DNA of 64,000 bases from Alkalispirochaeta sp. (lineage in GTDB: Bacteria > Spirochaetota > Spirochaetia > DSM-27196 > Alkalispirochaetaceae), in the NCBI GenBank assembly GCA_965601925.1, contig OZ271854.1:4448001-4512000 (forward strand), given 5' to 3'. Position 1 is the stretch's first letter; every line of letters begins with the position of its first letter. The notes beneath the pieces are model-generated. The model had not been told where the DNA came from. It saw nothing but the letters and a program-made list of their open reading frames with translations, and ran no database searches. Made by a program: the position numbers and the translations under genes. Positions 19,393-28,752 of the stretch are shown piece by piece.

Positions 19393-20397
19393 ATGCGTCA
19401 CTCTGGTTCTGCACACGGGGATGAAAGCGCCGATAATCGCGGCGCTCCGGCGAGCGGTGTGCGACGCTACCTCCGCGAGAGTCTCGGCAGCAGTTGGACT
19501 ACCGTCTGGTGGCTCATCCGCATCATGGTACCGGCCTCGGCAACGGTTTTCATTCTCAGTCGTACGGGGCTTCTGGCGGTTCTCGCTCACGTGTTGGAGC
19601 CGGTAATGGCGCTCATCGATCTACCCGGAGGCGCCGCAGTCGCCGTGGTATCGAGCGTGCTGGTCAACTTGTACGCCGCGATCGCGATTATTCCCGCCTT
19701 GGGACTCGATCACCGCCAGCTCGTCATTTTGGCGTTACTCTGTTTGGTAGCGCACAACTATTTGGTTGAGTTGCTGGTGACGCGGCGTACCGGTACGCCG
19801 ATCGTACGTATGCTCATAGTGAGAACCGTCGGAGGGCTCTTCCTGGCGTGGGTTGCCTCGCGGATCGTACCCGAAGGTGGGAGTTGGACGACGCCTCTCC
19901 TACTCCCGGGAGGCGACACCGGTGCGGCGTCGTCCCTGTTCGGTATCGAGGCACTCATGCAATGGCTCGAAGGCGTCGTCCGTCTCATTCTGCGAGCGGC
20001 GTCAATTGTGACGCTCCTCATATTCGTGAGTCGCGCTCTGCAGTATTGCGGCATTATCGACTGGATAGCGCACCATCTGAGACCGATTATGAATGTGTTC
20101 GGCCTCCCCCATTCGAGTGGTCCGGCGTGGATCGTAGCCAACACTCTCGGCCTCGCCTACGGGGCGGCGGTACTTCGCGAGGAGGCCGAAAGCGGCCGGC
20201 TCAACGCCGCCGACGGCGATCTCCTGAACCATCACCTCGGCGTATCGCACTCTCTGTTCGAGGATACCTTTCTGTTTGTCGCCTTGGGTGCCCCGACGCT
20301 ATGGCTGATTGCGCCGCGTGTCGCACTCGCCTTCCTCATCGTGTGGGAACGTCGCATCGAACGTCGCCTGGGCATACCGCAGACGACGCGTCTTTAG
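19393..20397 (+). CDS. Nucleoside-recognition (Gate) domain membrane protein
   Basis: Two repeated membrane halves (LEPVMALIDLPG / LRPIMNVFGLP); GLAYGAAVL, HSLFEDT. Confidence 0.75.
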   Translation: MRHSGSAHGDESADNRGAPASGVRRYLRESLGSSWTTVWWLIRIMVPASATVFILSRTGLLAVLAHVLEPVMALIDLPGGAAVAVVSSVLVNLYAAIAIIPALGLDHRQLVILALLCLVAHNYLVELLVTRRTGTPIVRMLIVRTVGGLFLAWVASRIVPEGGSWTTPLLLPGGDTGAASSLFGIEALMQWLEGVVRLILRAASIVTLLIFVSRALQYCGIIDWIAHHLRPIMNVFGLPHSSGPAWIVANTLGLAYGAAVLREEAESGRLNAADGDLLNHHLGVSHSLFEDTFLFVALGAPTLWLIAPRVALAFLIVWERRIERRLGIPQTTRL

Positions 20398-20406
20398 CCT
20401 CGACGC

Positions 20407-20952
20407 CTATTCGGTCGCCGGTACCTCCAGGCGTCGCGGAGTAGACGCCGCCGAGGAGTGGTCGTGGTTGCACGTCTTGAGGGCCTGCAAACCGTAGAGA
20501 ATCTGACACAAGTTCTCGCATTGGGGGGTCCAATCGAACCGTTTGTCCGGATTCCGGCGATAGAAATTGTTGAACTGCACGAGTCTACACAGTACGTCGC
20601 TGGGAAGATTTTGCTCGATCTGGGCCGACACGATCTCCGCACGTTCCGCCGATAGGCCAAGCGCCAACTCTAAAAAGTCCTGGGTCGCGCGGTGCTTGAG
20701 TAATAACTGTCGCGCCTCCGCCGAGCCACGATCCGTTAACGTCACGTACCCGTACGGCTCGTATTCGATCAACCCCGCTTTATCCAATTTCTGTAGGGCG
20801 CCGGTGACCGACGGACGACTGACCCCGACCAAATCGGCTATGTCTTTGGAACGTGCCACGCGACTCTCGGCCGAGAGCTCATAAATTGCCAGGACGTATC
20901 GTCCCAAACTATCGGTGAGACTACCAGCGGCCTCCGTCGTCTTTCCACTCAT
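20407..20952 (-). CDS. DtxR/MntR-family metal-dependent transcriptional regulator, atypical
   Basis: YVLAIYEL..ARSKDIADLVGVSRPSVTGALQKL..GLIEYEPYGYVTLTDRG; AAGGAG SD. Confidence 0.9.
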   Translation of the reverse strand: MSGKTTEAAGSLTDSLGRYVLAIYELSAESRVARSKDIADLVGVSRPSVTGALQKLDKAGLIEYEPYGYVTLTDRGSAEARQLLLKHRATQDFLELALGLSAERAEIVSAQIEQNLPSDVLCRLVQFNNFYRRNPDKRFDWTPQCENLCQILYGLQALKTCNHDHSSAASTPRRLEVPATE

Positions 20953-21120
20953 CGTTCTCTCCTTACCGTTCCATATGTCAAAACGTTATCGTGCACGTCG
21001 ACTCATCGATGCAACTCGCGCATCATAAGAAGACGGTCGGGTGCTTTCTCCCGCTCCATGGGGGTCTATATCGGAAGAACAACATGCGGTGCAGGGGACA
21101 AAAAAAGGACCCAAACCATG

Positions 21121-21162
21121 TTAGCTACAGCTAATTATATTCGTTTTACCGGGTTCGGTCAA
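21121..21162 (-). promoter_or_regulatory. Promoter of the DtxR-like gene with overlapping DtxR/MntR-type box
   Basis: - strand TTGACC(21162)-N17-TATAAT(21139-21134); palindrome TTAGCT-AC-AGCTAA at 21121-21134. Confidence 0.75.
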
Positions 21163-21224
21163 TCTGGACCGGTTACCCGCAGCGCCCCTTGATGGTCGGT
21201 CGCGAGATATTTACCTTATGCCCC

Positions 21225-21458
21225 ATGGATCAGAGGGTTATCATCATGCACGGCCTGAGCTACGCCGAAATCGATCTCGTCATGCGAGCGGTTAAAAAGG
21301 AGCTTGAACGTCCGCGCGACATCATCTTCGCCAAAACGACCGACAACTCCCTCACCATGAAGGTCGGAGAACTTATCAAAGATCTGAGCGAGGACCACGA
21401 ATATCTGAAAAACAATCCGCCGGAGATACCGCCGCGGCCTGAGACGGGCGAATCGTAA
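21225..21458 (+). CDS. Small conserved hypothetical protein (DUF3783-like)
   Basis: VIIMHGLS..EI..VMRAVK..IIFAKTT..L..KVGELIKDLSEDHEY; TTGATG-N17-TACCTT upstream. Confidence 0.7.
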   Translation: MDQRVIIMHGLSYAEIDLVMRAVKKELERPRDIIFAKTTDNSLTMKVGELIKDLSEDHEYLKNNPPEIPPRPETGES

Positions 21459-21483
21459 TACCGAGCCGACCGCGGCACCGCCG

Positions 21484-22227
21484 TTACGACGTCGAGGAAG
21501 AGGTACCGGCCGTCTTCGCATAGAGCCGGTACGCGCCCGTTTCGCCTTTTTGGGAGTACCCGATGTGCCGTAAAAATCGCTGATGCGCCCGCGCGCCGAG
21601 CGGCACCGGGACGACGAAGAAGGAGGCTCCGGGGCCTTCATCAAACTCGATTGCGCTGTGCAGGTGATGAACGAGTCCCAGTCCTCTATATTTGCGAGTC
21701 ACATAGTCAACGGGAATCATCATCGATTGATCGGGAAAGAGCTCGGTATGCACGGCTTCGTAGATCTCACGTAGCTCCGGGTCCCCGGCGTCCTCTGGAC
21801 TCGGTGCCGGATGAACGAGGGCGAATCCCACAACCGTCAAGTCCTTGAAAGCGAGATACCCGCGGCCACCCGACTCGAAACACTGTGCGACGCGATCGGT
21901 TGAAAAATCCGGAAAAAAACGCCTGATATCTTCAAGGTGGTGCGTGACGAAATCGTCTACGTAACTCTTTTTCTCCACTCCGATCGAGACGTAACGAACG
22001 CCATTCAGGTCCGGCTTGAGCATCCGTACCAAATAGTAGATATCGATAAGTGTAATGAACCCGTTGGTAATGATGACGGGAACACTTCCGACCAATACGC
22101 CGTACATTACAAAGACGACGGCGCCGATCAGATTGAGCACCCGCAGCGCCAAGATGGAACTCATAAGAAGCGACAGCGCCACCAATATCGACGCAACATA
22201 GCCCGCCAGTTCGGTTGCAAGAGACAT
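21484..22227 (-). CDS. Membrane protein: YgjV-like N-terminal TM bundle + GNAT-like C-terminal domain
   Basis: GYVASILVALSLLMSSILALRVLNLIGA..F..YG; C-terminal DYVTRKYRGLGL..FLRHIGY. Confidence 0.7.
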   Translation of the reverse strand: MSLATELAGYVASILVALSLLMSSILALRVLNLIGAVVFVMYGVLVGSVPVIITNGFITLIDIYYLVRMLKPDLNGVRYVSIGVEKKSYVDDFVTHHLEDIRRFFPDFSTDRVAQCFESGGRGYLAFKDLTVVGFALVHPAPSPEDAGDPELREIYEAVHTELFPDQSMMIPVDYVTRKYRGLGLVHHLHSAIEFDEGPGASFFVVPVPLGARAHQRFLRHIGYSQKGETGAYRLYAKTAGTSSSTS

Positions 22228-22280
22228 GGGCAGCACTATAGACGCTTGTTACAAATCTGTCACTTCCGTAGTATTGCGTC

Positions 22281-23336
22281 ATGCAGATCCGGCGCGCGAT
22301 AGAGGCGCTCTCTCCATATGTACCCGGCGAGCGGAGAGCGGGGGCCGTCAAGCTCTCGTCGAATGAGAATCCCATCGGCTGTTCACCGGCGGTGCGCGAG
22401 GCGCTACGCGTAGCGGCGGATGAGGTCCATCTCTATCCCGACGGAAGTGCACGCACGCTCGTCGACGCGCTGTCGCGCCATATCGAGGCCAGACCGGAAG
22501 AGATTATCGTCGGTAACGGATCGGATGAGATCATCACACTCATTGCCGCCACCTACATCGAGCCGGGCATGTCGGTCCTCATCGGGGCGCACACCTTTTC
22601 TCAGTACGCCTACGCAAGCACGCTCTTCGGTGCACGCGTACGCAAGGTACCCATGCCGGCCTTGGAGCTTCGTCCCGAGGATTTTCTGTCGCACATAGAT
22701 GATACGACACGGATTGTGTTCCTCTGTTCACCGAACAATCCGACCGGTACGGCGTTCTCTCACGAGCAACTCGTCTCGTTTCTCGATCATCTGCCGGACA
22801 ACGTGCTCGTCGTCGTCGACCAGGCGTACGTAGAATACCAAACCGATCGAACGGCGGCCTACGCCGATCGCCTCGTCAATCGATACTCCAACGTGATCGT
22901 GCTGCATACCTTTTCCAAGATCTACGGTTTGGCGGCGCTCCGTCTCGGCTACGGTTTGGCGTGCACGGAGCGCATAGCCGACTTGCAACGAGTTCGTCCG
23001 CCCTTCAGCGTAAACAGCTTCGCACAAGCGGCGGGAATAGCTGCACTATCGGACACCTCCTTCATTAAACGATCGCTGGACGTGAATCGCCGCGGTATGG
23101 GGCGAATGCAGCGGCTGCTGGATGAGCTCGGTTTGCGTTGGTTACCGAGTCAGGCCAACTTCATCACGTTCGGTGTCGCGGGAGCGGCGCGTGAGACGGC
23201 GGCGGCGATTGCCGAACACGGAGTGACGGTACGCGCTCTTGGAAGCTTCGGCCTCCCGTCGCACATACGCGTTACCGTCGGTACCGACGACGATATCGAT
23301 CGTCTGGAGCGAGCTCTGCGCGAGATCGTTCGATAA
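22281..23336 (+). CDS. hisC: Histidinol-phosphate aminotransferase
   Basis: KLSSNENP, GNGSDEII, CSPNNPTG, VDQAYVEY, TFSKIYGLAALRLGY, PSQANF. Confidence 0.93.
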   Translation: MQIRRAIEALSPYVPGERRAGAVKLSSNENPIGCSPAVREALRVAADEVHLYPDGSARTLVDALSRHIEARPEEIIVGNGSDEIITLIAATYIEPGMSVLIGAHTFSQYAYASTLFGARVRKVPMPALELRPEDFLSHIDDTTRIVFLCSPNNPTGTAFSHEQLVSFLDHLPDNVLVVVDQAYVEYQTDRTAAYADRLVNRYSNVIVLHTFSKIYGLAALRLGYGLACTERIADLQRVRPPFSVNSFAQAAGIAALSDTSFIKRSLDVNRRGMGRMQRLLDELGLRWLPSQANFITFGVAGAARETAAAIAEHGVTVRALGSFGLPSHIRVTVGTDDDIDRLERALREIVR

Positions 23337-23355
23337 CGTTCGAGGTGACATCCCC

Positions 23356-23898
23356 ATGACTCCGACAGTGATCTTTCTCAATGTAACCCTCGTCTTCGCC
23401 GCCCCGGCCCTGGCGTCAATGTTCGTTCCCCGTTTCCCCCTGCGGCCCATCGGGCGCGGAGCGATCGCCGCGGCCGCCGTTCTCCTCACGCTCATCCTCG
23501 TTCGCGAGTTGGTACCGGGAGTCTCTCGATGGATGACATCTCCGGACACCCTACTGTGGTGGCTTTTCGTAGTAGCTCTTTCGGAGGAGATTGCCAAGCA
23601 AATTGCCGTCGGTCCGTCGCGCATCCCGGCTCGCGGGCGCGCAGATGCGGTGGCGTGCGGTCTCGGATTTGCGTCGGTTGAGAATCTTTTGTACCTTATG
23701 GCGTCGCCGGCAACGCTCATCGTGCGGATACTCACGGCGGGAGCGCTCCACGTCGCTACGGTGCTTCTCTATTCGAGGCGGCGCGGAGACACACGGTCGT
23801 CTCCTCTCGTCGATATGGCGAGGCTCACGGTGGGTACCGCACTCCATTTCGGCTATAACACGTTGATCGCGTCCCTTGACACAATTCTCATATTTTGA
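23356..23898 (+). CDS. PrsW-family intramembrane glutamic protease
   Basis: SEEIAK, GLGFASVEN, ALHVAT, ALHFGYN motifs; GAGGTG SD. Confidence 0.8.
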   Translation: MTPTVIFLNVTLVFAAPALASMFVPRFPLRPIGRGAIAAAAVLLTLILVRELVPGVSRWMTSPDTLLWWLFVVALSEEIAKQIAVGPSRIPARGRADAVACGLGFASVENLLYLMASPATLIVRILTAGALHVATVLLYSRRRGDTRSSPLVDMARLTVGTALHFGYNTLIASLDTILIF

Positions 23899-23904
23899 TA
23901 TTTT
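23876..23904 (+). promoter_or_regulatory. Sigma70 promoter of tRNA-fMet
   Basis: TTGACA-N17-TATTTT with extended -10 TG, 12 nt upstream of the tRNA. Confidence 0.7.
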
Positions 23905-23916
23905 GCCATCACACAT

Positions 23917-23989
23917 CGCAGGGTAGAGCAGTTGGCAGCTCGTCGGGCTCATAACCCGGAGGTCGCAGGTTCGAGTCCTGCCCCTGCTA
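23917..23989 (+). tRNA. Initiator tRNA-Met (CAT)
   Basis: CGCAGGG...CCCTGCT-A with unpaired C1; anticodon arm TCGGG-CTCATAA-CCCGG with three G:C pairs. Confidence 0.95.
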
Positions 23990-24229
23990 GTAAAAGCGTT
24001 GCTTCGCCGGAAAGAAGCAGCGCTCTTTTTTTTATCCACGGGACTCGAAACGGAGGTGCGGCGCGAATACCTGGAGCGCAACGCGACACGATGTCGCGTT
24101 AGCACCATAGGCGGCCCGTCGAGAGGCCACACGATGTGGCCGATCAGAGGGCGAGTCCTGCCCCTGCTAATAAAAGCGTTGCTTCGCCGGAAAGAAGCAG
24201 CGCTTTTTTTATTATCAGCAGGACTCGAA
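23972..24229 (+). repeat. Direct repeat of about 78 bp with a 180-bp period: tRNA-fMet 3' end plus terminator (23972-24049 and 24152-24229)
   Basis: Both copies read CGAGTCCTGCCCCTGCTA(G/A)TAAAAGCGTTGCTTCGCCGGAAAGAAGCAGCGCT...GGACTCGAA. Confidence 0.95.
23992..24033 (+). terminator. Intrinsic (probably bidirectional) terminator after tRNA-fMet; second copy 180 bp downstream
   Basis: AGCGTTGCTTC-GCCGGAAA-GAAGCAGCGCT, preceded by an A run and followed by a T run. Confidence 0.85.
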
Positions 24230-24304
24230 TTCGAGGCGAATGGTACAATACAAACCCCGGGCGTACCGCACCGGCTGTGAGGAACGTGCGCGATGAGCGC
24301 GCGG

Positions 24305-24595
24305 CTATTTCCGTCTCGCGCGACGTCGTACTCCGTCCCAACGGCCGAATAGGGCGCCGATTACGCACACGACGGCGCCGACACCGCCCGAGATAAGAAT
24401 ATTGCGCCGGATGCGATCGATTCCCACAATCGTTTCGGTGGCCCTCCGCACGACGGATCTCAACTCGCCGCTCCGTTCGAAGGAGATGAGGGCATCCAGG
24501 CCGAGGCGGACGCCTCCTATGCTCGCAAAGAGTGCGTATCCGACGACCAGGCCGAGTATACCGCCCAGGGCCGCAATAAGCGCCAACCGTCTCAC
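24305..24595 (-). CDS. Small hypothetical membrane protein (2 TM)
   Basis: GGGAGG SD before GTG 24595; two Gly-rich hydrophobic helices; basic tail. Confidence 0.65.
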   Translation of the reverse strand: MRRLALIAALGGILGLVVGYALFASIGGVRLGLDALISFERSGELRSVVRRATETIVGIDRIRRNILISGGVGAVVCVIGALFGRWDGVRRRARRK

Positions 24596-24618
24596 GTCGC
24601 CCTCCCGACGCTCGGTCT

Positions 24619-26199
24619 TTATGAGAGACTCGGAATCGCGATGCGCCAATACGTTCCCGTGCGTACGTCAGACGCCGCCGTATCGCCCCGCCCCGGCCCC
24701 TCTTCCATGGTCGCACCGAGCTGCTCGCACAACGTTCCGATCAAGGTAAAGCCGAATGAATTGTCCCGCACCGTCGCGGGCTCGATACCGACTCCGTTGT
24801 CTTGTACCGTCAAGGACGCTCCGCGCTGTCCATCCTCGCTTTCGATTCGTACCGATACGGTGGGACCCTTGGAGCGCGATCTCCGGGTACTCTCCGCCGC
24901 ATCGGAGGGAAACGCATGTTTTACCGCGTTGAGCACCATCTCGCTCACCATCAACCCCAGAGGAACGGCGCGATCCATATCGGCGTACAACGCCCCCGGA
25001 ACGTCAACGGTGATTCGTATTCCGCGATCGTACGGCGCGTACCCCTCTTCGATCTCGTCCACCAGACGCCGGATATACGGCGCGAGCACGATATGGTCGA
25101 ACGAACCGACGCGAATGAGGTTATCGTGAACCGCCGAGAGCGCCTGAACACGGGTCCGAATCTCTCCGACCGCCTCGCGAGCCGACTCTTCCAGATCGGC
25201 GGCACGGAGCGTGAGCAAGCTTGAAACGAGCTGCATGTTGTTTTTGACGCGATGATGTAGCTCTCTGATAAGCATCTTATGCGTCTCATTGGCCCGTTGA
25301 ACGCGCTGATACAGCTGTGCGTTGGATATCGCTACCCCTGCGTGGTTCGCAAGAACGGTGGCGAGTTCGATATCCTCGGCGTCGAAGGGATCCACGGAGG
25401 TGCGATCCAGGGTAATCATGCCGATCACCTCGCCGCCGGCGATGAGCGGGATTCCCATCCAGGAACGGATATGTCCCGATTCGAAGAGATTCTCCTCGGT
25501 CAAGAAGTGCGGAAAGTCGCTCCGTATGTCGGCGAGCGCCAACACCATGCCGTTCTTGACGACCCGATAGTTCGGAAATCGTTCGTCGAAGGGAAAGTGT
25601 AGTTCCGCCACCTTGTCCTCGCGTGCAAAGCCGAGGCTTGCCACGACGCTCAGCGAGTCTTCATCCAGGAGCTGAATCGTACCGGTGACGAAGTCGATCG
25701 TCGAGGATAACTTCTCGAGAGTCGCGGCGTAGACCGCCTGAGTGTCTTGAATGGAGCTGTTGAGATCGACCGAAGAGGCGAACACGGCCTGGAAACGACT
25801 CGAGATCTTCGCAATCCGCGGCTCCGGCTCGCCGACGGCGGCTACGTCATGGGCGATCACGATAACGTGATTACCCGTTTCGGCGTGCTCGTTCACCGGT
25901 ATGAACACGAGCTCTAATTGGACCTTCTCGGCGCCGCGCAGCAGATAGAGTTGCGCCGACTTGGCCTCACCGGCGAGGGCCGCGTTAATGTGAGAGCTCC
26001 ACATGGGAAGATCGCCGGCCGGCACGATACCGTCAAGCACCTCGCCGATGCTGGGCTGAACTCCGTAGAGCTTGGTCCAGACTTGGACAAATTTCTGGTT
26101 GAACTTCGTCAAGCGACGCTGACGGTCGAAGGAGAACATCGCCTGAGAGACTCCGCTACGCTGGATTTCCGTCTTGAAGTTCGCGCCGTTCGCAGACAT
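24619..26199 (-). CDS. PAS-GAF HisKA_2 sensor histidine kinase
   Basis: GAF RSWMGIPLIAGGEVIGMITLD; ELHHRVKNNMQ; PLGLMVSEMVLNAVKHAF; VQDNGVG. Confidence 0.9.
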   Translation of the reverse strand: MSANGANFKTEIQRSGVSQAMFSFDRQRRLTKFNQKFVQVWTKLYGVQPSIGEVLDGIVPAGDLPMWSSHINAALAGEAKSAQLYLLRGAEKVQLELVFIPVNEHAETGNHVIVIAHDVAAVGEPEPRIAKISSRFQAVFASSVDLNSSIQDTQAVYAATLEKLSSTIDFVTGTIQLLDEDSLSVVASLGFAREDKVAELHFPFDERFPNYRVVKNGMVLALADIRSDFPHFLTEENLFESGHIRSWMGIPLIAGGEVIGMITLDRTSVDPFDAEDIELATVLANHAGVAISNAQLYQRVQRANETHKMLIRELHHRVKNNMQLVSSLLTLRAADLEESAREAVGEIRTRVQALSAVHDNLIRVGSFDHIVLAPYIRRLVDEIEEGYAPYDRGIRITVDVPGALYADMDRAVPLGLMVSEMVLNAVKHAFPSDAAESTRRSRSKGPTVSVRIESEDGQRGASLTVQDNGVGIEPATVRDNSFGFTLIGTLCEQLGATMEEGPGRGDTAASDVRTGTYWRIAIPSLS

Positions 26200-26272
26200 T
26201 TCTACAGAGCAGCTTAGACGGTCGCGAGACCCATATCAAGCGCCTGTGCGCCGATTCCCCGAGCGACCGGCG

Positions 26273-27265
26273 TCACCACCGAATAATGTTACCGCCGTAG
26301 GTCAATCCGGCGCCGAATCCGACGGTAAGCACGGTCTGACCGGCCGCGAGCCTCCCCGCGCGCTGCATTTCGTCCAGCGCTAAGGGAATTGAGGCGGCCG
26401 AGGTGTTGGCAAATCGATCCAGGTTGGTAAAAAAGCGGTCGAGCGGCATCTTCAAGCGTTTGGCCGCCGCTTCGATGATGCGCAGGTTGGCCTGATGCGG
26501 TACGACCCAATCGAGCGTCTCCGGCGTCACACCCTCGGCATCGCACAGCGCTCGTATCGTCCGAACCACGGCATCGACGGCGAACAGATACACTTGTCGC
26601 CCGTCCATATGGATCATCATGTCGACCTCGGTATGACGACTCGCGTCAAAGGGCGTGCGCGTGCCGCCGACGGGGCGCATCAGCGAGGTTGCGCCGCTTC
26701 CCCGCGACTTGAGCCATGATCCCACGATCCGGTGCCCGCCGCTTCCCTGCGAGCTCTCCGGTTCCACGAGCGCCGCCCCGGCGCCGTCGCCGAAGAGAAC
26801 GCAGGTGTTACGATCATCCCAATTGGAAATGCGACTCAATACTTCGCTGCCGACGACCAAGACGCGCCGCGCCGTCCCGGCGACGACGAATGAACGAGCC
26901 ACCTCGAGGGCGTACACGAATCCCGTACACCCGGCCGAAAGATCGAAGGCCCCGGCCTCCGATGCGCCGATGCGATCCTGAACGATACACGCCGAGGCGG
27001 GAAAGTTCGGATAGTCGGTGGTGGAGCTGGCGAGAATCACCAGATCGATGTCGGATCCAGCGAGGCCCGTTTGCTCCAGTAGCTTCAAAGACACTTCGAC
27101 GGCGATATCGCTCGTCGCCTGTCCGTCGGCGACGATGCGGCGCTCTCCGATGCCTGTATGAGAGCGTATCCATTCGTCCGAGGTATCGATGGTGCGAGAG
27201 AGTTCATCATTGGTAACGACGCGCTCGGGAACGTATGAGGCGACGGCGGTTATGGCAGCATGCAT
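26273..27265 (-). CDS. fabH: 3-oxoacyl-ACP synthase III
   Basis: DTSDEWIRSHTGI, DLSAGCTGF, LFGDGAGA, PHQANLRII, NTSAASIP, GFGAGL. Confidence 0.96.
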   Translation of the reverse strand: MHAAITAVASYVPERVVTNDELSRTIDTSDEWIRSHTGIGERRIVADGQATSDIAVEVSLKLLEQTGLAGSDIDLVILASSTTDYPNFPASACIVQDRIGASEAGAFDLSAGCTGFVYALEVARSFVVAGTARRVLVVGSEVLSRISNWDDRNTCVLFGDGAGAALVEPESSQGSGGHRIVGSWLKSRGSGATSLMRPVGGTRTPFDASRHTEVDMMIHMDGRQVYLFAVDAVVRTIRALCDAEGVTPETLDWVVPHQANLRIIEAAAKRLKMPLDRFFTNLDRFANTSAASIPLALDEMQRAGRLAAGQTVLTVGFGAGLTYGGNIIRW

Positions 27266-27383
27266 ATCCGGCAGTGTAGGAGCGATGATTTAGTCGGTCA
27301 AGGGACGAGAGTGCGCCGAACGGTCCGTCTTCCCGGATATTCGCCTTTCCAAGCACCATTCTTCCCGGTACGATCAGTCGATA

Positions 27384-28736
27384 ATGAATGGATTCTACGT
27401 GTTGCTCGGACTGTACGCCCTCGCCGGGACGGGAGTGTCGATCGCGGTAATGCGCCGCAACAAAACACAAGGTGAATACTTCGTCGGGGGAGGTACCCTC
27501 GGATGGGTCGTCTCGGCTATGACCTACGCGGCCACCACGTATTCGGCATTCATGATGGTCGGCTTGGTCGGCCTATCCTACGCGACGGGAATCGGCGCTT
27601 TGATCTTTGAGGCGGTATATCTCGTTGCGACGGTCCTCCTCTTGTCGGTCTACGGCGGAAAGATCTGGGACATGGCGCGACACCACGATTTGGTATCGCC
27701 GATGGAACTGTTCGCCGTGCGATACGGACGCATCAGCGCACAAGTCGGAACGGTAGTCGCCTCGTTGGCACTCGTTCCGTACACCGCAGTACAGGTCATC
27801 GGGCTCGCGGTAATCCTGGAGGGTTTCGGCCTCGAGTACGGTGCCGGAGTGTTGTTTGCCGTCGCCGTTATCGGCGTGTGGACGCTTCTCGGTGGGCTGC
27901 GCGGCGTGGCGATAACCGACGCACTTCAGGGATTTTTCATGCTTGCGGTGGCGGTCGCCGCGTTATTCTGGGCGCAGGGAGAGTACGGTGCCGTCGAACT
28001 CTCTTCATTTCCCAACGACGTGTGGACGCCCCGCTTTTTCATCAACCTGACGCTTCCGTGGAGTTTCTTTGCACTCACCAATCCGCAGGTCGTGCAACGA
28101 CTATTCATGCTCCGCCGGCGCGAGGATTTGCGCAGTATGATTATCCTCTTTGCACTGTTCGGTGCGATTTTCACGGTGATCGTGACCTTCGTCGGATTTG
28201 CCGCCCAAGCCGGAACCGCGCAAGGCCTCTTCCCGCCGGTCGAAGATCGGGACCGCGTCATCGTCGAAATCATGACCGGTATGGGCCGCGCATTGGCACT
28301 CCCGCTGGCACTCAGCATCGTATTCGCATCGGTATCGACTGCAAACTCGGTCCTCTTGACCCTGTCGAGTATGGTTACCCGCGATATTCTCGGAACGCGC
28401 GACTCAACGATGCCGGGACGCGTCGTGATCATCGTACTTACCGCTCTTATCGGGCTGTTCGCCATGCGTCGACCGGCAACGTTGATAGAGCTCTCGGTCT
28501 CCTCATCGCGGGTCCTGATGGTCTTCCTACCCCTCCTCGCCGGAGTCTTTCATCTGAAGCGGGCGGGACGGTGGTCCGCACTCATGCCGCTGGTCGGCGG
28601 TTTTGCCGCGGTTCTGGTCGTAGAGCGCATCCTCCCCTCATATAGCTCACTCGTCTCTTTGGGTATTGCCGCGGCGTTGTTCGCCATAGGGCTCGTATTC
28701 GATCGCATTGAGCGCGCTGCGGCGCATCGCGGGTAG
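27384..28736 (+). CDS. Sodium:solute symporter family protein
   Basis: EYFVGG, ATTYSAF..VG, GGLRGVAITDALQG, PQVVQR, ASVSTANS; many TM helices. Confidence 0.88.
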   Translation: MNGFYVLLGLYALAGTGVSIAVMRRNKTQGEYFVGGGTLGWVVSAMTYAATTYSAFMMVGLVGLSYATGIGALIFEAVYLVATVLLLSVYGGKIWDMARHHDLVSPMELFAVRYGRISAQVGTVVASLALVPYTAVQVIGLAVILEGFGLEYGAGVLFAVAVIGVWTLLGGLRGVAITDALQGFFMLAVAVAALFWAQGEYGAVELSSFPNDVWTPRFFINLTLPWSFFALTNPQVVQRLFMLRRREDLRSMIILFALFGAIFTVIVTFVGFAAQAGTAQGLFPPVEDRDRVIVEIMTGMGRALALPLALSIVFASVSTANSVLLTLSSMVTRDILGTRDSTMPGRVVIIVLTALIGLFAMRRPATLIELSVSSSRVLMVFLPLLAGVFHLKRAGRWSALMPLVGGFAAVLVVERILPSYSSLVSLGIAAALFAIGLVFDRIERAAAHRG

Positions 28737-28752
28737 TTGGGGGGCGCCGCGA

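Noticed and set aside
21066..21119. 17-codon ORF (MVWVLFLSPAPHVVLPI) in the DtxR leader as a possible leader peptide
   Set aside because: No regulatory codon pattern or attenuator structure seen; expected by chance
23972..24229. tRNA-end repeat as a CRISPR array, second tRNA gene or prophage boundary
   Set aside because: Only two long copies, the second lacks the D and anticodon arms, and there are no cas, integrase or phage genes
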